A stretch of DNA of 64,000 bases, taken from the NCBI RefSeq assembly GCF_044357305.1, contig NZ_JBIKPS010000009.1, forward strand, positions 20,032 through 84,031, written 5' to 3'. Made by a program: the position numbers and the translations under genes. This document shows positions 8,661 through 18,528 of the stretch, in pieces. The stretch comes from Flavobacterium sp. (lineage in GTDB: Bacteria > Bacteroidota > Bacteroidia > Flavobacteriales > Flavobacteriaceae). A model generated the notes under the pieces. The model saw only the letters and a list, made by a program, of their open reading frames with translations, was not told the DNA's origin and searched no databases. Each line of letters opens with the position of its first letter. Position 1 is the first letter of the stretch.

Positions 8661-8797
8661 TGAGAAATATTTCGGCAAATATATGTAAAATTAAAACAGT
8701 GCTTTATTTTTCTTGACAACTTACACACCATAAACCGATTAGTCCAAAACATTCTTGTGAGAAGCCTATTAATAAGCCTTTTTCATTTTAATTTAAT

Positions 8798-8816
8798 GAG
8801 ATTCCTACGGAATGAC
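8798..8816. repeat. GTCATT-tagged REP-like palindrome (minus orientation)
   Basis: gagattcctacggaatgac is the reverse complement of gtcattccgtaggaatctc. Confidence 0.6.
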
Positions 8817-8864
8817 AAATTGCGTAAACTGCTGTTTGAAAAGGTAATACTTTATTAAATGTTT

Positions 8865-9128
8865 TCAACTGACTAGGTTGCTTTTCGATATTTCGACACT
8901 CTCTGTCCAAAGGGTATAGGGATCGAAATCTATAATTTCTTCTTTTCCCCAAACAATTGTTCCATGTTTTACGACAACTTGGTTGAAAAAGGAAACATCT
9001 TTCAAAGGTTGAAATACTGGGTAATTGAGATAAGGTAGAACTGAGAATTCTTTCCAGATTTTAGTATCAAATTCTAACTCTAATTTATATCCAGATTTTG
9101 GTATTGCAGTTATTATTTTTGGAAACAT
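8865..9128 (-). CDS. DUF2442-family protein (putative antitoxin-like partner)
   Basis: YKLELEF, VFQPLKDVSFFNQV, GTIVWG.EE.IDFDPYTLW pattern; downstream of a DUF4160-like gene. Confidence 0.75.
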   Translation of the reverse strand: MFPKIITAIPKSGYKLELEFDTKIWKEFSVLPYLNYPVFQPLKDVSFFNQVVVKHGTIVWGKEEIIDFDPYTLWTESVEISKSNLVS

Positions 9129-9133
9129 ATCTT

Positions 9134-9403
9134 TTATCGTAAAGGTTCAATTTTAAAAATGGGTTCTCCTTTGATAGCCAGACTCCAGTCGGCCATTAGA
9201 TCTTCTTGTCGAATTTCAATCCAAGCTTTTACAAGTTTGGTTTTGTTAGCAGGTAGTTTCCCTTCTAATAAATCTCCATCAGGTATTGAAAAAACGGCCT
9301 CAAATTCATTATATTTCACATGAATATGAGGAAAATTATGTTGCTTATTATCCAAATAATACATGGAAATTATTAAACCATAAAACAGACTTATTACAGG
9401 CAT
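9134..9403 (-). CDS. DUF4160-family protein
   Basis: MPVISLFYGLIISMYY, HNFPHIHVKY and EDLMADW pattern. Confidence 0.85.
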   Translation of the reverse strand: MPVISLFYGLIISMYYLDNKQHNFPHIHVKYNEFEAVFSIPDGDLLEGKLPANKTKLVKAWIEIRQEDLMADWSLAIKGEPIFKIEPLR

Positions 9404-9463
9404 AATTTTACATTTAAAACAAAGTTACAAAATCTATAATTTAAAATCTATAAAAAATACTTC

Positions 9464-12334
9464 CTAATGCGCTTCTAACCAGTTTTTTCCAGAACCAATT
9501 TCAACTACCAAAGGGACATCTAGTTTAAAAGCATTTTCCATTTCGTGTTTGATCATGGGTTGGATTTTCTCCAATTCGGAATTGTGTACATCAAACACAA
9601 GTTCATCATGTACTTGCAATAGCATTTTGGATTTCCAGTTTTCGGAAGTCAATTTGTTGTAAATATTAATCATGGCAATCTTGATGATATCGGCAGCAGA
9701 ACCCTGAATTGGTGCGTTGACTGCATTTCGTTCGGCACCACTTTTCACCATTTGATTCGCCGAATTTATGTCTTTTAAATAACGTCGTCTTCCTAAAACC
9801 GTTTGCACATAACCATTTTCTCTGGCAAAATCGACTTGGTCTTGCATATAGGATTTCAGTTTTGGATAACTTGCATAATAGGCATCAATTAACTCGGCAC
9901 TTTCTTTTCTTGAAAGCGAAGTTTGATTGGAAAGTCCAAAGGCAGAAACCCCATAGATGATTCCGAAATTTACTGTTTTGGCATTGCTACGTTGTTCTTT
10001 AGTAACTTCTTCCAACGGAATATTAAACACTTTAGCAGCAGTACTTCGGTGAATGTCTTCGTTGTGTTGGAACGCTTTAATCATGTTTTCTTCTCCCGAT
10101 AATGCAGCAATAATTCGCAATTCTATCTGAGAATAATCGGCAGAAACTAAGGTGTAATTTTCATCGCGCGCTATAAATGCTTTTCTAATTAATCGTCCTC
10201 GTTCGGTTCGAATTGGAATGTTTTGTAAGTTCGGATTATTAGAACTCAAACGTCCTGTAGCAGCAACAGTTTGCATATAATCGGTATGCACGCGACCCGT
10301 ATTTTTGTCTACTTGGTTGGGCAAAGCGTCAATGTAAGTGCTTTGTAATTTCACCATTTGACGCCAGTCGAGAATATCTTTTACAATTGGATTGTCGTTG
10401 GCTAAATAGGATAAAATCTCTTCGCCAGTGGCATATTGACCTGTTTTGGTTTTCTTTTGTTTGGCACCACCAATTTTCATTTTATCAAATAAAACGTCGC
10501 CCAATTGTTTTGGAGAAGCCAAATTGAATTTTTCGCCAGCAGTTTCGTATATTTTTTGTTCCAAGGCATTACTTTCTGCAGCCATTTCAACCGACATCGA
10601 TTGTAAGAACGGAACATCCAAATTAATTCCTTCCAATTCCATGGCGGCCAAAACGGGAATTAACGGAATTTCGATCTCTTCAAATAACTTTTTGGTTTCG
10701 GCTTTGTCGAGAATCGGACTGAAATTTTGTTTCAATTGAAAGGTTACATCGGCATCTTCTGCAGCATATTCTTTGATTTCTTCTAAAGAAATATCGCGCA
10801 TCGATTTTTGGTTTTTGCCTTTTTTTCCAATTAAATCTTCAATGGATTTTGGAGCATATTTCAAATAGGTTTCCGATAAAACATTCATATTATGACGCAT
10901 ATCGGGGTTGATTAAATAATGCGCAATCATGGTGTCGAACAATTTTCCTTTGATGTAAACGCCATAATGTGAAAGAATTTTTAAATCGTATTTTATATTC
11001 TGACCTACCTTTTCAATGCTTTCGCTTTCAAAAAACGGCTTGAATTTATCTACTAAAACTTGTGCTTCTTCTCTGTTCTCTGGAAACGGAACGTAAAATG
11101 CTTTTCCTTTTTCATAAGAAAAGGATATTCCAACTAATTCTGCATTCAAAGCGTCAATCCCAGTAGTTTCGGTGTCAAAACATACGGAAGTTTGATTCAT
11201 TAAATTTTGCAAGAGCAATTTTACTGGTAAATCTCCTTGGATAATTTGGTAAAAATGTTCGGTAGTTTCTAATGTTGCGTAAAACGAATTTGGTTTTGCA
11301 TCATCACTTTCCTCATCAGTAAATCCAAATAAATCAAATTGGTCTTCGTTTGATTTTTTTACGGGTGCTTTTTTTATCGTTTTGCTATTGTCATTGCCAG
11401 TGCTTTTTTCATTGCCATTTCCATTCGTGTCAATTTCATCATAATCATTTCCTGTTCCAAATAATTTATCAAACTGGGCTTTCATTTGACGAAATTCCAA
11501 TTCTTGAAACAACACATCGGTTTTTTCAACATCGGGTTTGGATAATTCGTAGTCGGTTGCATCAAAAGTAACTGGACAATCGAGTAGGATGGTGGCCAAT
11601 TTTTTAGACAATATTCCTAGTGCTGCATTGGCTTCAATCTTGTCTTTTATGGCGCCTTTTAATTGGTGTGTATTGGCTAAAAGATTTTCCATAGAGCCAT
11701 ATTCGGCTAAGAATTTCTTTGCTGTTTTTTCTCCCACTCCTGGAAGTCCCGGAATATTATCGGCGGCATCACCCATCATCCCAAGAAAATCAATCACTTG
11801 CTCAGGTCTTTCAATTTCAAATTTGGCCAAGACTTCTGGAATTCCCCAAATTTCAATACCATTTCCCATACGGGCAGGTTTGTACATAAAAATATTTTCG
11901 GAAACCAATTGTGCAAAATCCTTATCTGGTGTAACCATAAAGACTTTAAAATCTTCTTTTTCGGCTTGTTTGGCTAAAGTTCCAATTAAATCATCGGCTT
12001 CAAATCCTGCTTTTTCAATGATTGGAATGTGCATTGCCTTTAACAATTCTTGAATATAAGGCACCGCAATTTTTATGGCTTCGGGAGTTTCGTCGCGATG
12101 TGCTTTGTATTCTTGGTACATTTCATAGCGGTAATCGCTGCCACCTTTATCAAAAGCCACGGCTAAATGATCGGGTTTCTCCCGTTTGATAACATCCATT
12201 AAGGCATTCATAAATCCCATAATGGCCGAAGTATCCATTCCTTTGGAGTTGATTCTCGGGTTTTTTATAAAGGCAAAATAACCGCGAAATATAAGTGCGT
12301 AGGCGTCTAGAAGATAAAGTCGTTTTTGTGACAT
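9464..12334 (-). CDS. polA: DNA polymerase I
   Basis: 5'-3' exonuclease (LLDAYAL, EADDLIG, GDAADNIPG), 3'-5' exonuclease (FDTETT) and polymerase motifs (ADYSQIELR, KTVNFGIIYG, QVHDE). Confidence 0.98.
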   Translation of the reverse strand: MSQKRLYLLDAYALIFRGYFAFIKNPRINSKGMDTSAIMGFMNALMDVIKREKPDHLAVAFDKGGSDYRYEMYQEYKAHRDETPEAIKIAVPYIQELLKAMHIPIIEKAGFEADDLIGTLAKQAEKEDFKVFMVTPDKDFAQLVSENIFMYKPARMGNGIEIWGIPEVLAKFEIERPEQVIDFLGMMGDAADNIPGLPGVGEKTAKKFLAEYGSMENLLANTHQLKGAIKDKIEANAALGILSKKLATILLDCPVTFDATDYELSKPDVEKTDVLFQELEFRQMKAQFDKLFGTGNDYDEIDTNGNGNEKSTGNDNSKTIKKAPVKKSNEDQFDLFGFTDEESDDAKPNSFYATLETTEHFYQIIQGDLPVKLLLQNLMNQTSVCFDTETTGIDALNAELVGISFSYEKGKAFYVPFPENREEAQVLVDKFKPFFESESIEKVGQNIKYDLKILSHYGVYIKGKLFDTMIAHYLINPDMRHNMNVLSETYLKYAPKSIEDLIGKKGKNQKSMRDISLEEIKEYAAEDADVTFQLKQNFSPILDKAETKKLFEEIEIPLIPVLAAMELEGINLDVPFLQSMSVEMAAESNALEQKIYETAGEKFNLASPKQLGDVLFDKMKIGGAKQKKTKTGQYATGEEILSYLANDNPIVKDILDWRQMVKLQSTYIDALPNQVDKNTGRVHTDYMQTVAATGRLSSNNPNLQNIPIRTERGRLIRKAFIARDENYTLVSADYSQIELRIIAALSGEENMIKAFQHNEDIHRSTAAKVFNIPLEEVTKEQRSNAKTVNFGIIYGVSAFGLSNQTSLSRKESAELIDAYYASYPKLKSYMQDQVDFARENGYVQTVLGRRRYLKDINSANQMVKSGAERNAVNAPIQGSAADIIKIAMINIYNKLTSENWKSKMLLQVHDELVFDVHNSELEKIQPMIKHEMENAFKLDVPLVVEIGSGKNWLEAH

Positions 12335-12486
12335 TTTTTTTATTTAAAAAGTAATTGAATTCCAAAACTATTAGAAATGGAGATAAAAAGTGATGCATTA
12401 ATTATTTTCAACCAATTTTATGCAACGGAAACAAAAATAGTTTTTAATAAATTAATATAATAATAAAGATTAACTAAAATTTATGT

Positions 12487-12515
12487 TTTGTAAGAATAAT
12501 CATTTTTTACTTTTG
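12487..12515 (+). promoter_or_regulatory. Promoter of the metallophosphoesterase gene
   Basis: TTTG-N17-TACTTTTG. Confidence 0.65.
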
Positions 12516-12531
12516 CTTAAAATTTCTTTAT

Positions 12532-13767
12532 ATGGTTCTTCGCTTGTCGCTCTTTTTTTTAATTATTGCAATAATAGAGATTTATGCTTTTCAAGCAGTG
12601 AAAACATTTACCAAAGTTAGATGGGTTTTATTAGCATATAGTACAATTTCATTAACAGTTATTCTTTTTATAGCTTATCAATTCACCCAATTTGACCGAA
12701 GCATAGGGCAAACTAAAATGTCCATGATTACTATGGGCTTGTTGTTGTTGGTGTTGATTCCGAAAGTAATAATTACTTTCATTTTACTATTAGAAGATAT
12801 TTTCAGAGTTTTTGCAGGTTCTATGAATCATTTTTCAGGTCCGGCAATTGGTGTTTCTTTCTTGCCAGACCGAAGAAAATTCATCAGTCAAATTGCTTTA
12901 GGATTGGCCGCTATCCCGTTTACTTCTTTAATCTACGGAATGACTTTTGGTAGATACAATTATAAAGTGATTACCCAACAAATATTTTTTCCGGATCTTC
13001 CAGATGCTTTTGATGGTTTCAAAATAACGCACATATCCGATGTGCACAGCGGTAGTTTTGACAATCCCGAAAAAATAAATTACGCTATCGATTTGGTGAA
13101 CGAACAAAACTCGGATATGATTTTGTTTACTGGCGATATCGTAAATACCCATGCCAAAGAAATGCACCCTTGGATTGCTACTTTCAATAGAATTAAGCCT
13201 CATAAATACGGGAAGTTTTCGGTTTTAGGAAACCATGATTATGGCGAATACGTAGATTGGAAATCGGAAAAAGAGAAAGAAGAAAATTTTCATGCAATAA
13301 AAGATTTGTATGGTAAAATAGGTTTTAATTTGATGTTGAACGCGCATGCCTTTGTTTCTAAAGGAGACGATAAAATTGCTATAGTAGGAGTAGAAAATTG
13401 GGGAAAACACTTTAAGAAAGCCGGCGATTTGAATAAAGCATCCGATGGATTGGTAAAAGAAGATTTTAAAATCGTTATGAGTCACGATCCAAGTCATTGG
13501 GATGCCGAAGTGAATACACATCCACAAAATTTTCATTTGATGCTTTCTGGGCATACGCACGGTTTGCAATTTGGAATTGAAATTCCAGGTTATTTAAAAT
13601 GGAGTCCTGCGCAATATGTTTACGACCAATGGGCAGGTTTGTACGAAAAAGCTGGCAAATACATTTATGTAAATAGAGGCTTTGGCTACCATGCCTACCC
13701 TGGAAGAGTAGGAATTATGCCAGAAATTACTGTAATTGAACTAAAAAAAGGCAAAAGTTTAGTATAA
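12532..13767 (+). CDS. Membrane-anchored metallophosphoesterase (YkuE-like)
   Basis: N-terminal TM helices; calcineurin-like motifs ISDVH, GDIV, GNHD, SHDP and GHTH. Confidence 0.9.
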   Translation: MVLRLSLFFLIIAIIEIYAFQAVKTFTKVRWVLLAYSTISLTVILFIAYQFTQFDRSIGQTKMSMITMGLLLLVLIPKVIITFILLLEDIFRVFAGSMNHFSGPAIGVSFLPDRRKFISQIALGLAAIPFTSLIYGMTFGRYNYKVITQQIFFPDLPDAFDGFKITHISDVHSGSFDNPEKINYAIDLVNEQNSDMILFTGDIVNTHAKEMHPWIATFNRIKPHKYGKFSVLGNHDYGEYVDWKSEKEKEENFHAIKDLYGKIGFNLMLNAHAFVSKGDDKIAIVGVENWGKHFKKAGDLNKASDGLVKEDFKIVMSHDPSHWDAEVNTHPQNFHLMLSGHTHGLQFGIEIPGYLKWSPAQYVYDQWAGLYEKAGKYIYVNRGFGYHAYPGRVGIMPEITVIELKKGKSLV

Positions 13768-13840
13768 TTACATAAAAATGCTACATTTGTATTATAATAT
13801 TTCTTTTTTTAGCTAAAGAAAATAAAAATATTTTGGTTTT

Positions 13841-14137
13841 ATGTCAAAATTTGGAGAACTTATCAATGCCCAAGTCCCTGTGTTAATTGACTTTTACACC
13901 GAGTGGAATGAATCTTCTGTTTCAATGCATCCTGTTATTAGAGATGTGGCTGCAGCCCTTGGAGACAAAGCAAAAGTAATTAAAATTGATGTGGATAAAA
14001 ATCAAGAATTGGCCGAGGCACTTCGCATAAAAGGCCTTCCTACCTTGATGATTTACAAAGACGGTCAAATGATTTGGCGCCAATCTGGTGAGCTGGATGC
14101 TAATACCATTATTGGTTTAGTTCAGGAGCAAGTTTAA
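13841..14137 (+). CDS. Thioredoxin-fold protein lacking the CxxC motif
   Basis: PVLIDFYTEW, KIDVDKNQELA, GLPTL and WRQSG are thioredoxin-like; WNESS replaces WCGPC. Confidence 0.85.
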   Translation: MSKFGELINAQVPVLIDFYTEWNESSVSMHPVIRDVAAALGDKAKVIKIDVDKNQELAEALRIKGLPTLMIYKDGQMIWRQSGELDANTIIGLVQEQV

Positions 14138-14164
14138 TTCAACTACTTCTTAAAGTAGTTTGTG

Positions 14165-14803
14165 TTAGGTTAATTCTGCACAAACGAATCCTTTTTGTTG
14201 CAGAAATTCTAAAGTTTTTGGCAAAGCATATTCCAAGTTTGCAAATGCTTTTACACTATCGTGAAAAACGATAATACTCCCGGATTTTACATTTTGCAAT
14301 ACATTTTCTAAACATTGTTCGGGTGTTATTGTTATATCAAAATCTACGCTTAAAACATCCCACATAATTATTTTATAGCCCATCTTTCTCAATATTTTCG
14401 ATTGTGAAGGTTTTATTTTTCCAAAAGGAGGACGAAATAATTGGCAATTCTCATTACTTCTTTTGTAGTATTCTTTTTCAAATAATTTTGCGTTTTCAAT
14501 ATAGTCTTGCGTATTGGTTTTCCATCCATTTAAATGGTTGAAAGTGTGGTTGCCAATAGAATGTCCTTCCTTTACAACTTCTTTAAAAACTTCCGGATAT
14601 TTCCGGATATTATCTCCTATGCAAAAGAAAGTTGCTTTGGCATTGTAATTTTTCAGTTGGTTTAAAGTCCATTGGGTGATTTCTGGTGTTGGGCCATCAT
14701 CGAAAGTTAAGTAGACTTTATTCTCCATATTAGGAACATCCCAAACATAATTTGAAAATAATTTTTTAATAGTCCAATGTGTTTTTACCCAGTGTAACTT
14801 CAT
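14165..14803 (-). CDS. Polysaccharide deacetylase (CE4/NodB)
   Basis: LTFDDGP, GNHTFNH, LFRPPFG, IMWD and IVFHD motifs. Confidence 0.93.
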   Translation of the reverse strand: MKLHWVKTHWTIKKLFSNYVWDVPNMENKVYLTFDDGPTPEITQWTLNQLKNYNAKATFFCIGDNIRKYPEVFKEVVKEGHSIGNHTFNHLNGWKTNTQDYIENAKLFEKEYYKRSNENCQLFRPPFGKIKPSQSKILRKMGYKIIMWDVLSVDFDITITPEQCLENVLQNVKSGSIIVFHDSVKAFANLEYALPKTLEFLQQKGFVCAELT

Positions 14804-14819
14804 GCTTCAAAAATAAATA

Positions 14820-14855
14820 AAAAAAGTGCCAATAAATAAAATCATTGGCACTTTT
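14820..14855 (-). terminator. Intrinsic terminator after the DUF2723 gene
   Basis: Stem aaaagtgccaat/attggcactttt with a U-tract on the minus strand. Confidence 0.55.
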
Positions 14856-14874
14856 AAAATAGTTTTAATTCTTG

Positions 14875-17800
14875 TTATTCATTATCTCTTTGGAAGCGAG
14901 AAAATCTATTGTTATAGGAATTAAATTCGCCTCTGCTTTTATTGTAAAAGTCAATGTCTCCTTGTTTTTTCATGACTTCTAATAAACTTCTGTAACGTTC
15001 AATTGCTGTAACAATATCGGTTGCCATAAAACTTTGATCGGAAGATTTAAACGTGCTGAAATACAACAATTCTTCTTTGTATTTGGTCATTAACTTACTA
15101 ATTAATTCTCGAGCTTTTTCTTTTTCTCCAATTTCATAATAACCCGTTGCAAATGGCTCTAAGGTTAAGTAATAACCATAATAGTCAATTGGCGTTTTGG
15201 TTACCGCCAAATCAATAATATTTCTGGCTTTATCCATTTTACCTTCGGCAATTAATTGTTTCATTAATCGGGACAAGTTGGTTCGATACGAAATAGCATT
15301 TCTTCTAGTTTCAGGATCGTGGTAAATTTTAGTGCTTTCACCATTGCCCCATTGCCATTTCATAGAGATAGTATAGGTTTTATCGGTATCCATTCTTCCC
15401 ATGTCTGGATAATCGTCTTCGTTTACTTTGGTTTTAATTGGAACCAATTTATAAACCATACCATCCATTTGAAGGTAATCTTTCATCCATAAATAATCAT
15501 CATCCCCAAAACTTCCAGGGCTGAAATAAATAGGACGTTTCCAGTTGTTATTGTTTAATATATCAAACATTATTAAACGGTTTTTGTACAATGCACCGCC
15601 TTTAATGTCAATATCAATAAACGGAACAATAGAATCGTTAAGTGCTGGATTTACTATTTTATTAGCAATCACACTATTTTTATCTACTTGAAAACGAACT
15701 TTATTAGTAGGGAAAAAATGAAGTCGGTGACCACTTTCCATTTCTACTTGCGATAAAGTGTCTTCTCTTTTTCCAAAGGCAATAAAGTCTTTAAGATTCC
15801 AACGGCTGTCTACTTTTTTGTTGAAAACAATAGCATCTCTATTGTCAGCAACATACTGTTGGTGGGTGAATGAAATTGGCAAGCCTTCTGCATTATAAGT
15901 TTTCATCTTCATTTGATCAATGTACCAATCGGTCATTAATAAACTAGTATTTACAATTTTCACATCGGTTCTATAGCCTTCAATTTCTTGTGCATACCAC
16001 AGCGGGAAGGTATCATTATCTCCAATGGTAAATAATATTCCGTTTGGATCGCAAGAAGCAAGGTAGTTTTTGGCCATTGCAATTGCAGTATATCTTCCAG
16101 AACGATCGTGGTCGTTCCAGTTTTGAGAAGCCATTAATACTGGAGCTGCTAACAAGCATGCGCCAATAACAATTGGACCTACTAATTTAGACGCTATTTT
16201 TTCTTTTAGCATTTCATAAATGGCATACACTCCAAATCCTATCCAAATGGAGAAGACATAAAAAGATCCAACTAAGGCATAATCTCTCTCGCGGGGTTCA
16301 AAGGGTCTTTCGTTAAGGTATATTTTCAAGGCTAAACCAGTGAATAAAAACAAAGCAAGTAAAACATAGAAGCTTTTTAAATCTCTTTGCGCATGGTACA
16401 TCAATCCTAGTAAACCAAGGAAGAACGGAATGAAGAAGTATAAATTTCTACCTTTATTGTTTAGTACATCTGGACTAACGTTGTCTTGTGAGCCCAAGTG
16501 AATTTCATCAATAAATTTAATGCCACTCATCCAATTTCCATCTAAATTGTCGTATCTACCTTGGTTGTCGTTTTGTCTTCCAACAAAATTCCAAAGTAAA
16601 TAGCGTCCGTACATATAACCAAATTGGTATTCAAACATAAAACTTAAATTGCTCCAAGCAGATGGTTTTTGAACATCTAGATAATCGCCATAGGCTTTTA
16701 AGAATGAAACATAACCTTCGTCGTCTATTTTTTGAGAAGCATACGCTTGTCGGAATTCGGCAACCACATCTACCAATTCTTTTTCTTCGGCATATTCTGG
16801 TTTAATAGTAAATTTAGGAACTCCAGTAAAGTTAATGTACCCTGGAATATTATCGGTGCTCCACATCCTTGGTAATAATGCTTTGTGGGCATCATCGGTA
16901 TTTTGTTCGGCGTTTTTAAATTCATTTACAATTTCATATTTCCCAGTTTGGTCATTTCTTTCGTAGTTGGGAGCTTTATCTAAGTAAGGATTGTTAGGGT
17001 CTAATCCGGCAAATGCATCGGTGTATTGCGGTCCGTAAAATAGTGGATTTGAACCATATTGTTCTCTGTTATAATAAGCCAAAACCTCGGCTGCATCCGA
17101 TGGTTTGTTTTCGTTGATAGGAGTATTGGCATTGGCACGAATAGGCAACATCATCCAGGTGGAGAATCCGATTAATACAAATAAAACACATAAAATAATT
17201 GTGTTGAATGTTGGATGCCCTTTTGCTTTGGTGTATTTTAATCCGAAATAGAAAAAAGCAACTATTATTAATAATGCAACAATAGAACCCGAGTTAAAAG
17301 GCAAGCCCATTTTGTTTACCAGGAAAATTTCTGTATCTCCAAAGAACGCTAGCGTATATGGCAATAAGAGTTTGAATATAAAAAGTAAAACGGCTACAAT
17401 AATAATGTTAGCTAAGATGAAATTGGTAACGGTAACTTTTTTATAGTTTTTAAAGAAATATAAGAATCCTATAGAAGGAATAGTTAACAATGCCATAAAG
17501 TGCACTCCAAAGGATAAACCGACTACAAGGCTTATTAATAAAAGCCATCTATTGCCTCTAGGTTGGTGCATTTCTTGTTCCCAACGCAATCCTAGCCAAA
17601 ACAAAAGGGCTATAAATAAGGTTGCCATGGCATAAACTTCGGCTTCTACAGCATTAAACCAAAAACTATCCGAAAAGGTAAAGGCCAAAGCGCCTACAAA
17701 AGAACTTCCTAAAATTGCTATGCTGTTTTCTTTGTTGATTTCGGAATAAGCTGAAATTAACTTTCTTAATAAAATAGAAGAAGACCAGAATAAAAACAAA

Positions 17801-18075
17801 ATAGTAAACGCACTAGAAAATACTGACATCATGTTCACCATCAAAGCAACAGTTTCTTTGCTAGCTGCAAACATTGCAAAGAACGCTCCAAGCATTTGAA
17901 ACAATGGTGCGCCAGGAGGGTGACCAACTTCCAATTTCGCTGCAGTGGCTATATATTCACCACAATCCCAAAAACTCATGGTAGGTTCTACCGTTAAGGA
18001 ATAGGTTATTAATGCTATGGTAAAAGCTGCCCAACCAGTAATGTTGTTCCACTTTTTAAAGTCAAATGTTGTCAT
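14875..18075 (-). CDS. DUF2723 polytopic membrane protein (GT-C fold, TMEM260-like putative protein O-glycosyltransferase)
   Basis: FWDCGEYIA..KLEVGHPPGAP, FWFNAVEAEVY, ERDYAL.GS and GDNDTFPLWY motifs; many TM segments. Confidence 0.85.
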   Translation of the reverse strand: MTTFDFKKWNNITGWAAFTIALITYSLTVEPTMSFWDCGEYIATAAKLEVGHPPGAPLFQMLGAFFAMFAASKETVALMVNMMSVFSSAFTILFLFWSSSILLRKLISAYSEINKENSIAILGSSFVGALAFTFSDSFWFNAVEAEVYAMATLFIALLFWLGLRWEQEMHQPRGNRWLLLISLVVGLSFGVHFMALLTIPSIGFLYFFKNYKKVTVTNFILANIIIVAVLLFIFKLLLPYTLAFFGDTEIFLVNKMGLPFNSGSIVALLIIVAFFYFGLKYTKAKGHPTFNTIILCVLFVLIGFSTWMMLPIRANANTPINENKPSDAAEVLAYYNREQYGSNPLFYGPQYTDAFAGLDPNNPYLDKAPNYERNDQTGKYEIVNEFKNAEQNTDDAHKALLPRMWSTDNIPGYINFTGVPKFTIKPEYAEEKELVDVVAEFRQAYASQKIDDEGYVSFLKAYGDYLDVQKPSAWSNLSFMFEYQFGYMYGRYLLWNFVGRQNDNQGRYDNLDGNWMSGIKFIDEIHLGSQDNVSPDVLNNKGRNLYFFIPFFLGLLGLMYHAQRDLKSFYVLLALFLFTGLALKIYLNERPFEPRERDYALVGSFYVFSIWIGFGVYAIYEMLKEKIASKLVGPIVIGACLLAAPVLMASQNWNDHDRSGRYTAIAMAKNYLASCDPNGILFTIGDNDTFPLWYAQEIEGYRTDVKIVNTSLLMTDWYIDQMKMKTYNAEGLPISFTHQQYVADNRDAIVFNKKVDSRWNLKDFIAFGKREDTLSQVEMESGHRLHFFPTNKVRFQVDKNSVIANKIVNPALNDSIVPFIDIDIKGGALYKNRLIMFDILNNNNWKRPIYFSPGSFGDDDYLWMKDYLQMDGMVYKLVPIKTKVNEDDYPDMGRMDTDKTYTISMKWQWGNGESTKIYHDPETRRNAISYRTNLSRLMKQLIAEGKMDKARNIIDLAVTKTPIDYYGYYLTLEPFATGYYEIGEKEKARELISKLMTKYKEELLYFSTFKSSDQSFMATDIVTAIERYRSLLEVMKKQGDIDFYNKSRGEFNSYNNRFSRFQRDNE

Positions 18076-18345
18076 ATATAAATGAAGTTAATTTAAGTAC
18101 AAAGAAACTATTTTTTTGCGTAAACCAGCATGGGTTAACAAAATTTTCTAAAATGATTTTAGCTAAAATTTTGAAGAACACCAAAATAGCAAACGCAAAA
18201 AGTTTATTTGCAGTATATTTCAATATTTTTTAAATAATATTCCATTAAATATTTGCTTTAAATGAAATTTATATTAAATTTGCACCCGCATTCAGGCATT
18301 AATAAGGTTCTCTGAGCTTTAAAGAAAATGAATGTTGAGTTAAAT

Positions 18346-18416
18346 TGGTCTATGGTGTAATGGTAACACAACTGTTTTTGGTGCAGTCTTTCAAGGTTCG
18401 AGTCCTTGTAGACCAA
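18346..18416 (+). tRNA. tRNA-Gln(TTG)
   Basis: Cloverleaf with acceptor TGGTCTA/TAGACCA, anticodon arm ACTGT-TTTTGGT-GCAGT and T arm CAAGG-TTCGAGT-CCTTG. Confidence 0.95.
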
Positions 18417-18420
18417 CAAG

Positions 18421-18450
18421 AAGTCCTTCAAATTTTGAAGGACTTTTTTG
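18421..18450 (+). terminator. Terminator after tRNA-Gln
   Basis: aagtccttca-aatt-ttgaaggactt followed by a T-run. Confidence 0.75.
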
Positions 18451-18528
18451 TTTAATATAATTTCTTAAAATTCGTACAAAAAAAGCTCCCAATTTCTTGA
18501 GAGCTTCCTTAATATAAGTGGTGTATTT

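Noticed and set aside
11385-11450. NGNGNEKSTGNDN linker in PolA as a special insert or intein
   Set aside because: Short low-complexity interdomain linker with no intein motifs.
18287-18345. Separate ncRNA or pseudo-tRNA upstream of tRNA-Gln
   Set aside because: Only a 7-bp gcattca/tgaatgt pairing, with no T-loop or cloverleaf; best read as a tRNA precursor leader.
18346-18450. Island integrated at tRNA-Gln or tRNA-Gly
   Set aside because: No duplicated tRNA 3' end and no integrase were found; both tRNAs are followed by a terminator and core genes.
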